Source of the DNA: Octopus bimaculoides | Lineage: Eukaryota | Reading direction: 5' to 3' | DNA: 64,000 nucleotides | Assembly: GCF_001194135.2 (NCBI RefSeq) | Contig: NC_068983.1 | Span: 18,925,037-18,989,036, forward strand | Shown: positions 24,508 to 36,223 of the stretch, one piece after another | How the letters are laid out: each line of letters begins with the position of its first letter | Numbering within the stretch: the stretch's first letter is position 1 | Notes under the pieces: model-generated | What the model saw: the letters and a program-made list of their open reading frames with translations, nothing else | What the model was told of the DNA's origin: nothing | The model's database searches: none | Made by a program: the position numbers and the translations under genes

Positions 24508-25506
24508 AAAGAACAACAACAACAATAATGATAATGATTATCTCCGGCTCAGCGAAGGCAGGGTACTGTCTCAGTCGTGTTTGTACGTGGACAAAATATC
24601 TCAAGTAACGCTGGATGGATTCCGATAAAACTTTCAGAGATGTTTCGGCTTGTACCTGGCACGAACTGATTACATTTTGTGATCGTTCCGGTACCGGACG
24701 AGGATTCTGGTTTATATGATATATTTACTTTATTTTATATGACGTATTACGATCTTACGTTGACTTCATAGTCTTTCTCTGATAATCTCCCTTGAAATCA
24801 CGCTCATGGTTTCCACGTAAGATATGGCGGCGTTGCTGCTTTCAAAGTTTTATTTTCGTTTCTCTATTATTAATTTTACACACGTCTGTATCTTAGTAGA
24901 AGCTGATGAACACATAAATCAAACTACATAAACAAACGGCAGTAAAAGAGTTCCGAAATTAAGTAACACTAACATATTCTGTTACAATAATAAATTTAGT
25001 TTTATCCCCAACAACTTTTAGTTTTACCAATTTTGAATATATTGCTCCAGTTTAGAACTTCTTGCCTACTTGGCAAAAGCGTGGAAGGAGCCTTCGCTTC
25101 TTGAATTTAGGTTTCTTGAATTTTCCACTATAGACCTTAACGGGCGTAAAGACGCTATATCAGTGCATAGACTAAAAAAAACTTTCCTAGAAAACTGTCC
25201 CTGTTCCCACTGTAGATGACACATACACATCATTACAAGTACGGCACGAACACCCACTTTCACATTCCATGTCTATCATTGGAATCGATTAGGTACCGGA
25301 CAAGGATTCTGGATTATTTTTCCGTTTATTTTTTTTCCTTAATTTTTGAGAGCGTTTGGGTTCATTTTTAATATTCTCGTTCGTTAGAGCAGTCAACCGA
25401 ATTTCAGATATTCTCATTTTAAATATCCTCTCAGGTTAATCGTTGAGAGGCCGTTGGTGTTGCCTTAGCGGAGGTTCGCGCTCTCTGAATGCTCTTGTTG
25501 TTGTTG

Positions 25507-25561
<55 letters not shown>

Positions 25562-25574
25562 CATTATTATTATT

Positions 25575-26002
25575 ATTACACCTCCTCTAAATTTGAGGCC
25601 TTGTGCCTATAGTAGAAAGATTATTATTATTATCAGACGGCGAACTGGCAGAATTGCTAGTGCGCCGGGCGGAATGGTTAGCATTATTCCATCCGTGTTT
25701 GCGTTCCGTGTTCAAATTCGACCGAGGCCGACTTTGCCTCTCTTCCTTTTGGAATCTATAAATCAATTACCAGTGAAATACTGGGATCGATGTAATCAGT
25801 TATCCCCCTTCCTCCGAATTTGAGGCATTGAATCTATAATATAGGCATTTATTATTATCAATAATGGCATTGTATTTCCACCGATGTCGACTTTGCATTT
25901 CAACATTTCTGGCTCGATAAAATAAGAAACAGCCGAGCACTGGGGTCGATGTAAAAGACTTGCCTCCAGGACAGAAATTGCTGACCTTGTGCCAATAGTT
26001 GA

Positions 26003-26005
<3 letters not shown>
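25575..26005 (+). mobile_element. Cluster of three SINE family A pieces (3' fragment ~25575-25630, full copy ~25635-25850, 3' two-thirds ~25872-26005)
   Basis: Repeated family motifs GTTCAAATTC, CCGAGGCCGACTTTG / CCGATGTCGACTTTG, CTGGG(G/A)TCGATGTAA and tails, separated by (ATT)n. Confidence 0.85.
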
Positions 26006-26062
<57 letters not shown>

Positions 26063-26128
26063 GAGCAGCACGACAATATACTACTACTACCACTAGTGCT
26101 GCTACTGCCACTACTACTATTACTACTG

Positions 26129-26182
<54 letters not shown>
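26003..26182. repeat. (ATT)n followed by (ACT)n microsatellite
   Basis: Directly visible. Confidence 0.95.
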
Positions 26183-26184
<2 letters not shown>

Positions 26185-26538
26185 TATATTTCGAATTCTT
26201 AGACATTGTAATGTAAGGTGGAATAAATATTCACTTTAGCTATTGCACTATGCTGTCCCGATAGTGATTATATGCCCTATATAAGAATTTTTTTTTTCCG
26301 ACAATAAATCGATGATTTATAGTCAGTATGAAACAATTCAATCTTGCACAAATTATTGGATGGTGCTAAATATATCTAGAGACAGACAACTGAAATACGT
26401 GTGAGACAAACAACACGAAGTAATATCGACTGGCTGTCAGAAATATCAAATGGTCGGCTGATGTAATTGAAAACCGTGCAATCGATTGTGGTTCTGAAAT
26501 AATAGCCTAATTTCTCTTGCTTCTCTAGCGTTTAGCTC

Positions 26539-27054
26539 TATGTATGTATGTATGTATGTATGTATGTATGTATGTATGTATGTATGTATGTATGGATGGA
26601 TGGAAGGATGGATGGGTGTATGTATGTATATATGTATATATGCATGTACGTATGTACGTATGTACGTTTATGTATACGTGCATATATGTATACATGTGCG
26701 TACACACAGACACACATACGCGCGCACACAAACACAAAAACACATACATACACGTGTGTATACACATATGTATAGTTATAGATAGGTAAATAGGTAAAAA
26801 GTAATTAGCTGGAAAGATACATACAAATGTGTGTATATANNNNNNNNNNATATATATATATATATACACAAGTGGGGGGTTTACGTGTATATATACATGT
26901 ATATGCCTGAGTGCGTGTATGTGTGTCTGTGCATATTTTTGTATGTACATACATGTATACTTCAATATGTATCTCTACATATATGTGAGAATGAGTCTAT
27001 CTAACTAACTATCTATCTGTCTATCTGACTATCTATGCATATATATACGCACGC

Positions 27055-27085
<31 letters not shown>
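26539..27085. repeat. Compound (TATG)/(GGAT)/(CA)/(TA) simple-repeat tract with gap
   Basis: Directly visible; source of MYVC/HTYI ORF artefacts. Confidence 0.9.
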
Positions 27086-27089
<4 letters not shown>

Positions 27090-27495
27090 CTCTATGTGTC
27101 TGTGCGCCAAAGCTTGTCTGTGTGTATATGTGTGTATGTGCGCCTGTGTGTCTACCTAATGTGAATCAAAGCTGAGAGATTTGATCGATCAGGTGATGGA
27201 AATAAGTGCGAGATTCCTGATTTGTTTCCGGACAGTTGATGCTTTTTGTCTGATGAAAATACGTATTTGGAAAGATAAGTGTTGTAATATGTATCAGCCT
27301 AAATACATCGCCAAAAATGACAACGTTAATATCACGATATTTTTATCTATATATATGCACACGTTGAAACGGTTGCAATAGCAATGCTTAATACATAGTA
27401 AACAATTATTCCTATTTATCTGTGCATATTATGTATGAAAGATACGCTTAGATTAGATATCTTATCTAACAATGCCACTGATGTCATGTTAAAAA

Positions 27496-28115
27496 AAGGC
27501 GCTAAGTTTTGAGTTCCAAATCCGCCGAGATCGACTTTGTCCTTCATTCTTCGAACTCAATAAAATAATTACCATTATAAGACTGGGGTCGATGAAATCA
27601 ACACAATGCCTTCCACAAAACTACTACCCTTCTGGCAAAATTGGAAACCTTCAGTTGTATTGTTATTTAGGCGACGATTTAGCAGTCTTTAACACGCCGG
27701 GTGAAATGCTTAGCGTTATTTCACCCGTCCCTACATTCTGAATTCAAATTCCGCTGATGTCAACATTGCCTTTTATACATTCAGGGTCGATAAATGAAGT
27801 ACCAATGAATCACTGGGGTCGATGTATTAGACTAGTACCCTCTCCCAAAATTTCAGGTTTTGTGCTTATAGTAGGAAAGATTATAACTGTTATTAAGCCG
27901 AAGAGCTCTCAGGATCGTTAACACGGCGGGCGAAATACTTAGCAGAATTTCTTCCGTCTTTACGTTCTGTGTTAAAATTCCGCTTAGGTGGAGTTTATTT
28001 TTCTTCCATTCGATTTCGATGAAATAAATAACAGTAGGACACTGCTGCCAAAGCATTTGATTTACGCACTCCCAAATCTTGATGGGCTTTTTGCCAAGAC
28101 TTGAAATTATTATTA
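27496..28115 (+). mobile_element. Three head-to-tail SINE family A copies (~27496-27650, ~27668-27885, ~27900-28115)
   Basis: Each carries a B-box-like motif (GTTCCAAATCC, ATTCAAATTCC, GTTAAAATTCC), a CCG..GxxGAC-like motif and a family tail. Confidence 0.8.
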
Positions 28116-28759
28116 TTGTTGAGTGGGGAACAATGAATGCTATTAAATTGAGAATGGGGTACAAATATACGAAGGTCTATTTACTCAACGTGGCTCCCTA
28201 TCTGAGCCACATGCATCACAGGCATATGTGCGCGAAATAGAGACATTGTAGCAAGACAAACAACGCATGACCTTTTGGGTGGAGCCCTGCTGCAATTTTC
28301 TTCAGGTCGAGTAGCCCATCCTGCTTAAAATGTCTCCGATTAGGGTTTGTATAAGGATGATGAAAGAAACAACCATGTTTCCAGATGTGAATTATTTAAA
28401 GCTTCAAAGATTTCTCTCAACACGTGGTTATGGCGTTTCCCCCACTACGCCTGCTTCTGACCAGAGATGCACACACTGTCACCCACTAAGTAATACACTC
28501 AACTGGTTAAGGTGAAAGTAACTCACAGGCAAATCTCTAGCTAGTATTGAATACAATATTTCCTGTAGCTCATCGTTTTATTCATGACAAAACGTGATAA
28601 CACAAACAATCAATTAAGATTTGAAGCAATTACAATACCACTGCATGGAACTGCAACAGGGCATTTATTATAATAGTAATAATAATAGTAATAATTACTA
28701 GTTTTCTCTTTATCACAAATTTTGTTGGAGCTCCTGGAGTCTTGCAAGCGAAGGGGGCT

Positions 28760-29590
28760 TACTACCTGCAGCCACAGTACCATGCTATTTGTTCTTTTCA
28801 GCTATCTATTCTCATATATCATTCTGTCAATTTGAACGGTGAAGTTCCAGAGGAGTGAGATGTAGTTATTTTCAAGCACTGGAGTGTATAATTCTGGAAT
28901 TTGTTGGTTTGGAGTTCACTTTGATATTTCTTTGCCTTTTTTGTTACTGTGTATTAAGTTTGCTTGTTTTCTTGCTTTAAGACAAGTTTTAACATCCGGT
29001 TAGAGTTTTTCAGGTAGGTGTTTAGGCAAATTGTGGTAATCGTCATTGTTATTTACAGTTATAAAAGTCCACGGCCACCGTCTTTTCTTACCAGGTAAAA
29101 TCGGTCTACATCTGCCTTAGGATGGTACTTTCTATGCATTGTCAACAATATTCGTTCTTTTCTGTCAAGTTGACATATTTCAGTAATTGACAACTTAATG
29201 ATATTGAAACTGTAGGCCACGACGTGTGCGGTCAAATTATATATAGCGTGGGAACCCGTTTCTTGCTTTCTGCTCTGTCTTGAGTATTGCCCTTACTCTG
29301 CGATAGCATTCTTTTCTGATCCTTTTCCTTGTCATTGAATGTTTGATTCTATCACATTTCACATACCCCTAGGTATTTGTAGCTCTCCACTGGTTCTAAC
29401 TCCTTTATGACATTCTGTTGGTCAAGAATGACGTTGGATGTTTCTATCATTTTTCCTCCATCAAAGGTAGAATTTGCATATTTATTGATGCCAACTTGCA
29501 TCCTGATATCATCATTAAATTGTTTAACAATTGCTAGTAAGCCCCATAGTTTCAAACTATAGAGTATTTGAAGATCGATCTTCTTTCTTC
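28760..29590 (-). mobile_element. Decayed R4/Dong-type LINE fragment (RT C-terminus, thumb, start of the REL region)
   Basis: Minus-strand translation: FNDDIRMQVGINK, YKYLGV, TMHRKYHPKADVDRFYLVRKDGGRGLL (diagnostic R4/Dong-type block), PVLENNYISLLWNFTVQIDRMI. Confidence 0.85.
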
Positions 29591-29826
29591 GAAACAAAAT
29601 GTTTTCAGTACATTGCTTTATTCAAATATTTCAGTTAGCTGAATTCCGAAAGTATGCTACAAAATATCAGAAACTTAAAATGAAATGCGCCCGTGCTTTT
29701 AAACGCACATGTATGTATGTATGTATCTATGTATGTATGTATCTAGGTATGTTTTTATGTACTAATGCATACTTGTACGATTATGTATGTATGCGTGCTA
29801 TTAAGTATGTGTATATGTATGTATGC

Positions 29827-29904
<78 letters not shown>

Positions 29905-29939
29905 CTATATATCTATCTATCTATCTATCTATCTATCTA
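29827..29939. repeat. (TATC)n microsatellite
   Basis: Directly visible. Confidence 0.95.
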
Positions 29940-29994
29940 GAGCATAACACTATAAAATAGTAAAAAAAATCCAGACAAAAAACAAAAAGGCAAA

Positions 29995-31110
29995 AGAGAG
30001 TCACTTACTGTTATAGTTTCTGTAATGAGAATATTGACCAAGGCTACCGTGGTCTTTTCCGTAGGCTTTTCTTTCCACGGCCAAACCTAAACTGTCCTCC
30101 CCTCTTTTTACACGAGAACATTACTGTGTGATACACGATCCCTATTGATCGTTTTTTTGTTTATTCTCGATCTCTTTTGATAGAATTCCCTCCTTTTTCC
30201 CTTCCTACGATCCCTTTTGATCGACACACCCCTATTTTTTTGCCTTCCCCCTCCCAAAAAGAACAGCTCTACATTGTATCTGTCCCATCTTTGTTGAGGT
30301 AGACAGGTTTATGAACAACAAGCTGGTGTATCGGTTTGAAGCTCGGGAGAGTGAGAAAATCTTTTATGCTTCGACCGTACGCTCTTCAACATAAAGGAAT
30401 ACAAGGAAAGAGACATAGAGAGAATTTAAAAAAACACTTGTGGATTTAGCGATCAAACATGGCTATTGGTTGGGAAAAAATAGTTTGACAACAGAGCTAT
30501 GAAGTAAAGATAATGATGGACTGGTGATCCGAAAATGAAGGTACGTCTGTAATGTTTCGGTGTATGGATGATGGTTTATGGGTCTGAGGATGATGGTGAG
30601 TGAGCGCGAAGTGGATTGTGTGCGGTGTGGGTGCGGGGAAGTGGTCAATGCTAGTGTGTGTGGAGTGGTGTGGTGTGATGTAACGTGGTGGTGTGTGCTG
30701 TGGTGTGGTGGTGTGGGATTTTGGGGATATGAGCGTGACGTATGGGTGTAGGGTGATGATGTGGGGTGGGTTGAGTATGTGGTAATGGAGATGTGGTTGT
30801 ATGTGTGAGGCATATGTGAGAGAGATTTGTGAGTGTCGGTTGTTGATGGAGGTTTATCAATGAAGAGAGAAGTTGGGTAGGGGTGAAGAGAAGTAGGTGT
30901 CAGAGGAAGATAGGAGGGAAGTTGAGCTCATTTGGTGCAAAGGAGTGAAGAGAGTAGATTAATTTCTGTTCACGGCGAAAACGGGAGACCGGATGGCCCC
31001 TGTGCAGGCAATCCAAAAAGAGACAGGTTTTGAATGAACGACCGGTAGAGCGGAAATGGCACGAGACCGGGGTATCACTGCCGAGTCTAATGTCTCCTTC
31101 TCTCTCTCTT
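29995..31110 (-). mobile_element. Penelope-like element 3' portion (GIY-YIG C-terminus, C-rich UTR, pLTR with hammerhead-like remnant)
   Basis: Minus strand ~31075-30900 reads PVSCHFRSTGRS...SRFRREQKLIYSLHSFAPNELN, matching the PLE GIY-YIG tail pattern HF..GH...R...E..I..L....P.GLN; followed by a C-rich tract and a hammerhead-like motif at 30361-30396. Confidence 0.65.
30361..30396 (-). ncRNA. Degenerate minimal type-I hammerhead ribozyme-like motif (variant core)
   Basis: Minus strand CTTT-ATGTTGA-A-GAGC-GTAC-GGTC-GAAGCAT-A-AAAG: stem I CTTT/AAAG intact, stem II 3 of 4 pairs, core and stem III carry several substitutions. Confidence 0.35.
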
Positions 31111-32118
31111 TCTGTATATATATATATATATATATATNNNNNNNNNNNNNNNNNNNNNNNNNNNNNNNNNNNNNNNNNNNNNNNNNNNNNNNNNNNNNNN
31201 NNNNNNNNNNNNNNNNNNNNNNNNNNNNNNNNNNNNNNNNNNNNNNNNNNNNNNNNNNNNNNNNNNNNNNNNNNNNNNNNNNNNNNNNNNNNNNNNNNNN
31301 NNNNNNNNNNNNNNNNNNNNNNNNNNNNNNNNNNNNNNNNNNNNNNNNNNNNNNNNNNNNNNNNNNNNNNNNNNNNNNNNNNNNNNNNNNNNNNNNNNNN
31401 NNNNNNNNNNNNNNNNNNNNNNNNNNNNNNNNNNNNNNNNNNNNNNNNNNNNNNNNNNNNNNNNNNNNNNNNNNNNNNNNNNNNNNNNNNNNNNNNNNNN
31501 NNNNNNNNNNNNNNNNNNNNNNNNNNNNNNNNNNNNNNNNNNNNNNNNNNNNNNNNNNNNNNNNNNNNNNNNNNNNNNNNNNNNNNNNNNNNNNNNNNNN
31601 NNNNNNNNNNNNNNNNNNNNNNNNNNNNNNNNNNNNNTATATATATATATATATATATATTGTACGTAATTAGGGTAAAATCCCCACTATTTCCACTTGA
31701 AGCATGTTCGCCGTTATTACAATCCAGTATGTACTTGATGCCGTTTTAGTATAGATGCAAAATACATATTGAAAATATTGCCTGCATAGTTATTGGATAA
31801 CAAAAATCGAAGTAGGAGAATAGGTATTACTTATTCACCATTACAGATGTTTCATTTGCTAAACCGAATTACAAAAGTTTGCATGTTTCATTAACATGTA
31901 ACACATGTATTAGAGATATTATTCGATACTCTGTCTGAAGACATACTAATAAGAGATCCCTTACTTGTTTATGCATTATGCAAATCTTTATAATTTTGAT
32001 TAGAAAATGAAACGTGTAATGGTGAATATACAATACCCACAATTTATCAACTATGTTCTGTAATACAATAACTAATTCAAACAATGTGAACGTGCATCTG
32101 TTTGGCATCGCAGTAGGC

Positions 32119-32154
<36 letters not shown>

Positions 32155-32485
32155 CGTGTGTGTGTGCGTGTGTGTGTGTACACACAGACATTCACACACA
32201 ACCATACACACTCACACACACACACACACACATATATATATNNNNNNNNNNNNNNNNNNNNNNNNNNNNNNNNNNNNNNNNNNNNNNNNNNNNNNNNNNN
32301 NNNNNNNNNNNNNNNNNNNNNNNNNNNNNNNNNNNNNNNNNNNNNNNNNNNNNNNNNNNNNNNNNNNNNNNNNNNNNNNNNNNNNNNNNNNNNNNNNNNN
32401 NNNNNNNNNNNNNNNNNNNNNNNNNNNNNNNNNNNNNNNNNNNNNNNNNNNNNNNNNNNNNNNNNNNNNNNNNNNNNNNNNNNNN

Positions 32486-32534
<49 letters not shown>

Positions 32535-34361
32535 CTGTATGTATGTATATAGATATATATATATATATATATATTTATATACGTGTATACATGTTTGTAT
32601 GTACATTTGTACATTTGTATATATACATGTATATGTGTGTATATATGTATGTGCATGTGTGTATAGCTTATTATGACACCAAGCCCACGCATGTTACTTG
32701 CACACTTACAAATATGTATTAGGGAGTCTCTCGTGCATTTTCTTTTAATTTTAACCAGGATATTATCTTAATAATCTGAACAATTTGATGAGATTTAATT
32801 CATTAAAATACAGAAAGCAAGTACAAGGTATACAACTTAAAATTTCATTTGATTATTAGTAATTGTCTCACATAATTTGAAAAATATCAAATACAATAAA
32901 ATATGTTCACGTGAGAATTTTACTAAAATGTATCTATATTTCATTAACTTTGAAAGCAACGATGTTCAAAGATTCTGAAACATTTATTAAATCATAATAA
33001 TGTATAATGTCGTTTTATGAGATAGATATACTTTAATGCTGCATTATAGTCTCTAGATTATATTTTAGACATTTAAATTCAGATATTTAATGACATAAAT
33101 GTGACATAATCATCGATTAACACTTCATTAAATTATGATTCTAAATATTAGAAATTAATAGATCATATTTCCACCAAGAAAAATATTAATATTTATATAA
33201 TATTGTTTCTGTTGACAGTTCATTGTTAATGGAGGATTCGTATTGTGAAACGACGTCAGCAGTTTTAACGCTGTTAGATAAATATATTGGTACAATATAC
33301 ATTCTAAGCACATTGATGGTACGATACGACTTATAATCTGCAGTGATTTACGAGCAGAAATTTCAAATTTCCAGGGTTCGCAGACGAGTTTACTCATACT
33401 TTAAAATTGATAAATAAAACTGATATTGGACCTGTTTCCTCTTTCAACCAAAAAGAAAACTTGTAAAATGTCTATCATCATAACTTTTGGAAATCATCCA
33501 CGTAATATAAATCTCTTAATCCGCTCTTTTGCAGCAGTACCTAATCGATCTTGAGGTATTTGTTGATATTGGTAGATAAAACAAATATTCAGAACGGTGT
33601 TTTAGGTATGGTTATTGCTGTTATAAGTAGTTAAATTACTCTCGTTTTATCATGGAACGAAATTCCTTAGGTCTGGAAAACATTCAACAATAAATTGCAT
33701 TTTTTTCAGGAATATTGCCACGAATTTGCATGAGCAGACAATGTATAAGAAAAAAAAAGAACTTGCCCTAATGTGTACATTAGCAGTTGAATATCCGATG
33801 ATCTTCACACTCGTTCAAACAATCGATTCTCTGCCCAAAATATGTAAGGGTACAATCAATCATTACTGCAAAATAAATTGCAAACAAGAAACAAGCTTAG
33901 AAATTCTCTGTTTAGCGGAAAGAACGCATTACTAAAGCCCGCCAAATCAATATCTAATTCCTGATTTGTAACAACTATATTCCCTGCCTCTATGTTGAGA
34001 ATCCACGTTGAAAATATCTGTTCAGATCCAGGGTGAGTATTTCCTAAAACGTTGATATTAATGCGTACTATAATAAAATACGTCGAGATTTTACTGACAA
34101 TAGAAAGACTGAAATTGTTGCGAATGCCTTTATGAATTAATCTTTTGCAATTACATTTGAAAATATGCTTTTCTCTTTGAAAGTACGCTTTTATTTTCGA
34201 ATTCTTTTTTTTTTTTTATCGCTAGAGTTCTGGAAAACATGCTTCCTGTTCATTATTAAGAACAAAATATCCGAGACATTAGGCTGTAATATCTTGACAC
34301 TGAATCTGAAAATTCTCAGCAGACATCATTTGGAATGTTTTAATATTGAAAATCGGATTCA

Positions 34362-34482
34362 AACAATGAGCAGGCAGAATCGCTAGCATTCCGGGAAAAT
34401 TGCTTATTAGTAATTACGTCCGTCTTTACTTTCTGAGTTCAATTTCGGCTGAGGTCGACTTTGCGTTTTATCTTTCCGGTGT
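34362..34482 (+). mobile_element. SINE family A 5' half
   Basis: GGCAGAATCGCTAGCATTCCGGG head, GAGTTCAATTTCGGCTGAGGTCGACTTTGCG. Confidence 0.8.
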
Positions 34483-36179
34483 CTTCCGTCAGTCTGATTT
34501 TGACAAATCGCTAATTTACGGGGACGTTAAGACGTGTCACTGGTTCTTCGACCATTAACATTTTGAAACCCTTCGTAGTATGCTTATATATGTAGTTTGC
34601 ATTTAATTTTCTATTTGTTTCCACTTCCTTTCATAAGCATTAATGTCCTTTGTCCTCAAATAATGTTTCTTTTTTCGTTCGCTGGGGAATTAATTCTCAG
34701 GAATCCAATACATTTTAGATATAGACGATCTAACTCACATCCGTATGCTCATAAACACATGCACACACACACACATATGCCATTGAAATTTTCATATAAT
34801 TGATCAATCGTATAAATATGTAACAATCGTATATAAATAACCGATACCAGATAATTTTGAGACACACCTTTTATCGATCGACATTACCTATACTAAAAAG
34901 TACAGTTTTATCATCTACTCCAGTGATACACAACCTGATCCATATGACCCTTAGGAGTTCATATATGATTTTGTTGTTACAGTTGGTGTGCATAAATTTT
35001 TATACTTCTTTAATACAGTTCCTAATAATATCTGATTATATAAATACCACAGGGTCTTATTAAACATGGAATGGTTTTAAGGGTCCTTAGCAGTGAAAAA
35101 CGAATCAAAGGTGTATATAGGCATAACAAAAAGAAACATAATATTGAGGACCACCAATCTATGTAATATATACAGATTGGAATTTAGAAAAGAAGCATTG
35201 ATTCTCTCGCTCTCTTCTCTTCGTGTTAACTAATGTAAGTGTAGAAGTTATTGCCTTACTGATTTAGAATTATTTTACCTAGAGTTCGACATTATGTACA
35301 TGTCCTCCCTATCACATCAGTACTTCTGCCGCACATGTGTACAAAATATTATGTCATTAATTTCTTATAACTCTAGCCTACTACAATTTAACTTGCTCCC
35401 GATTTTCCAAGTGTAAATTCCTGCAGTACCCTAAATATGCTCCGTGGAATAATTCGCATGAGAAAATATTTATGTACTTGAAAGATTTCGGTTTAGTTGA
35501 CAAATTATATTGATACAGACTATATTCCATGTATCTGCCAGGCCAGCTAATTACCAGTAAAGTTTTCTTTAAAGACAATTACTTCAATCTTCAATTTTAA
35601 CTCAATGAATATGACTTGAAGTGAGATGATACGCTGTTTGCTCCGATAACCTGGTAGATTCACAAGGGGACTATACTAAATTAGTCTTTTAATCACCAAT
35701 GCAAACATTTCAGTGGAAATGGGTGTTAACAGCACCTACAACAGAGCACTCTGTAACACGCTGAATAAATATAAGGCTAGTTTAATTGGAAAGTATATTA
35801 GCGTATCTTGAATATCCTGTCGCTTGCTTATCGATATCGTTCGCGTGTGACTATGAGTATATGAATCAGCGCTTAAATATAACGCTTGCAAACGTGTATG
35901 CGTTCATTTTGCAGGGAATATTAAAATAACAACTTATATATATTGCATCAAACATTACGTCTAGTTCTGAAAATACTAAAGAAATGATAATGTATTGATA
36001 TATATAACATTTTTTGAAAAGAGAAAAGAAAAGTCAACGAGTAAAAAATCAAGATAAATTCATCATTTTCAAAGTTTCCATTATAGAAAACATTTAGGCT
36101 GTCATATTAATTATTGGAAGCTGAGCGATCTATGTTTTTTTGTGTAGCTTTTATCATTCACTTCAGTAATTCGATTCTG

Positions 36180-36223
<44 letters not shown>

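Noticed and set aside
27190-27260. C/D-box snoRNA-like arrangement (GTGATGG..CTGA..TGATGC..CTGA)
   Set aside because: Imperfect C boxes, weak terminal stem, D guide only 6 nt, no rRNA or snRNA complementarity recognised
27245-27285. CTGATGA-AAATACGTATTT-GGAAA hammerhead-like string
   Set aside because: No stem III/NUH site and no stem I partner
24140-28115. Regularly recurring ~200-bp units as a possible CRISPR-like array
   Set aside because: Units are diverged tRNA-derived SINEs in a eukaryotic context; no constant-length repeat-spacer structure and no cas genes
28260-28620. GC-richer segment that looks like a dispersed repeat
   Set aside because: Single copy in the window with no ORF or terminal features; cannot be classified without a library search
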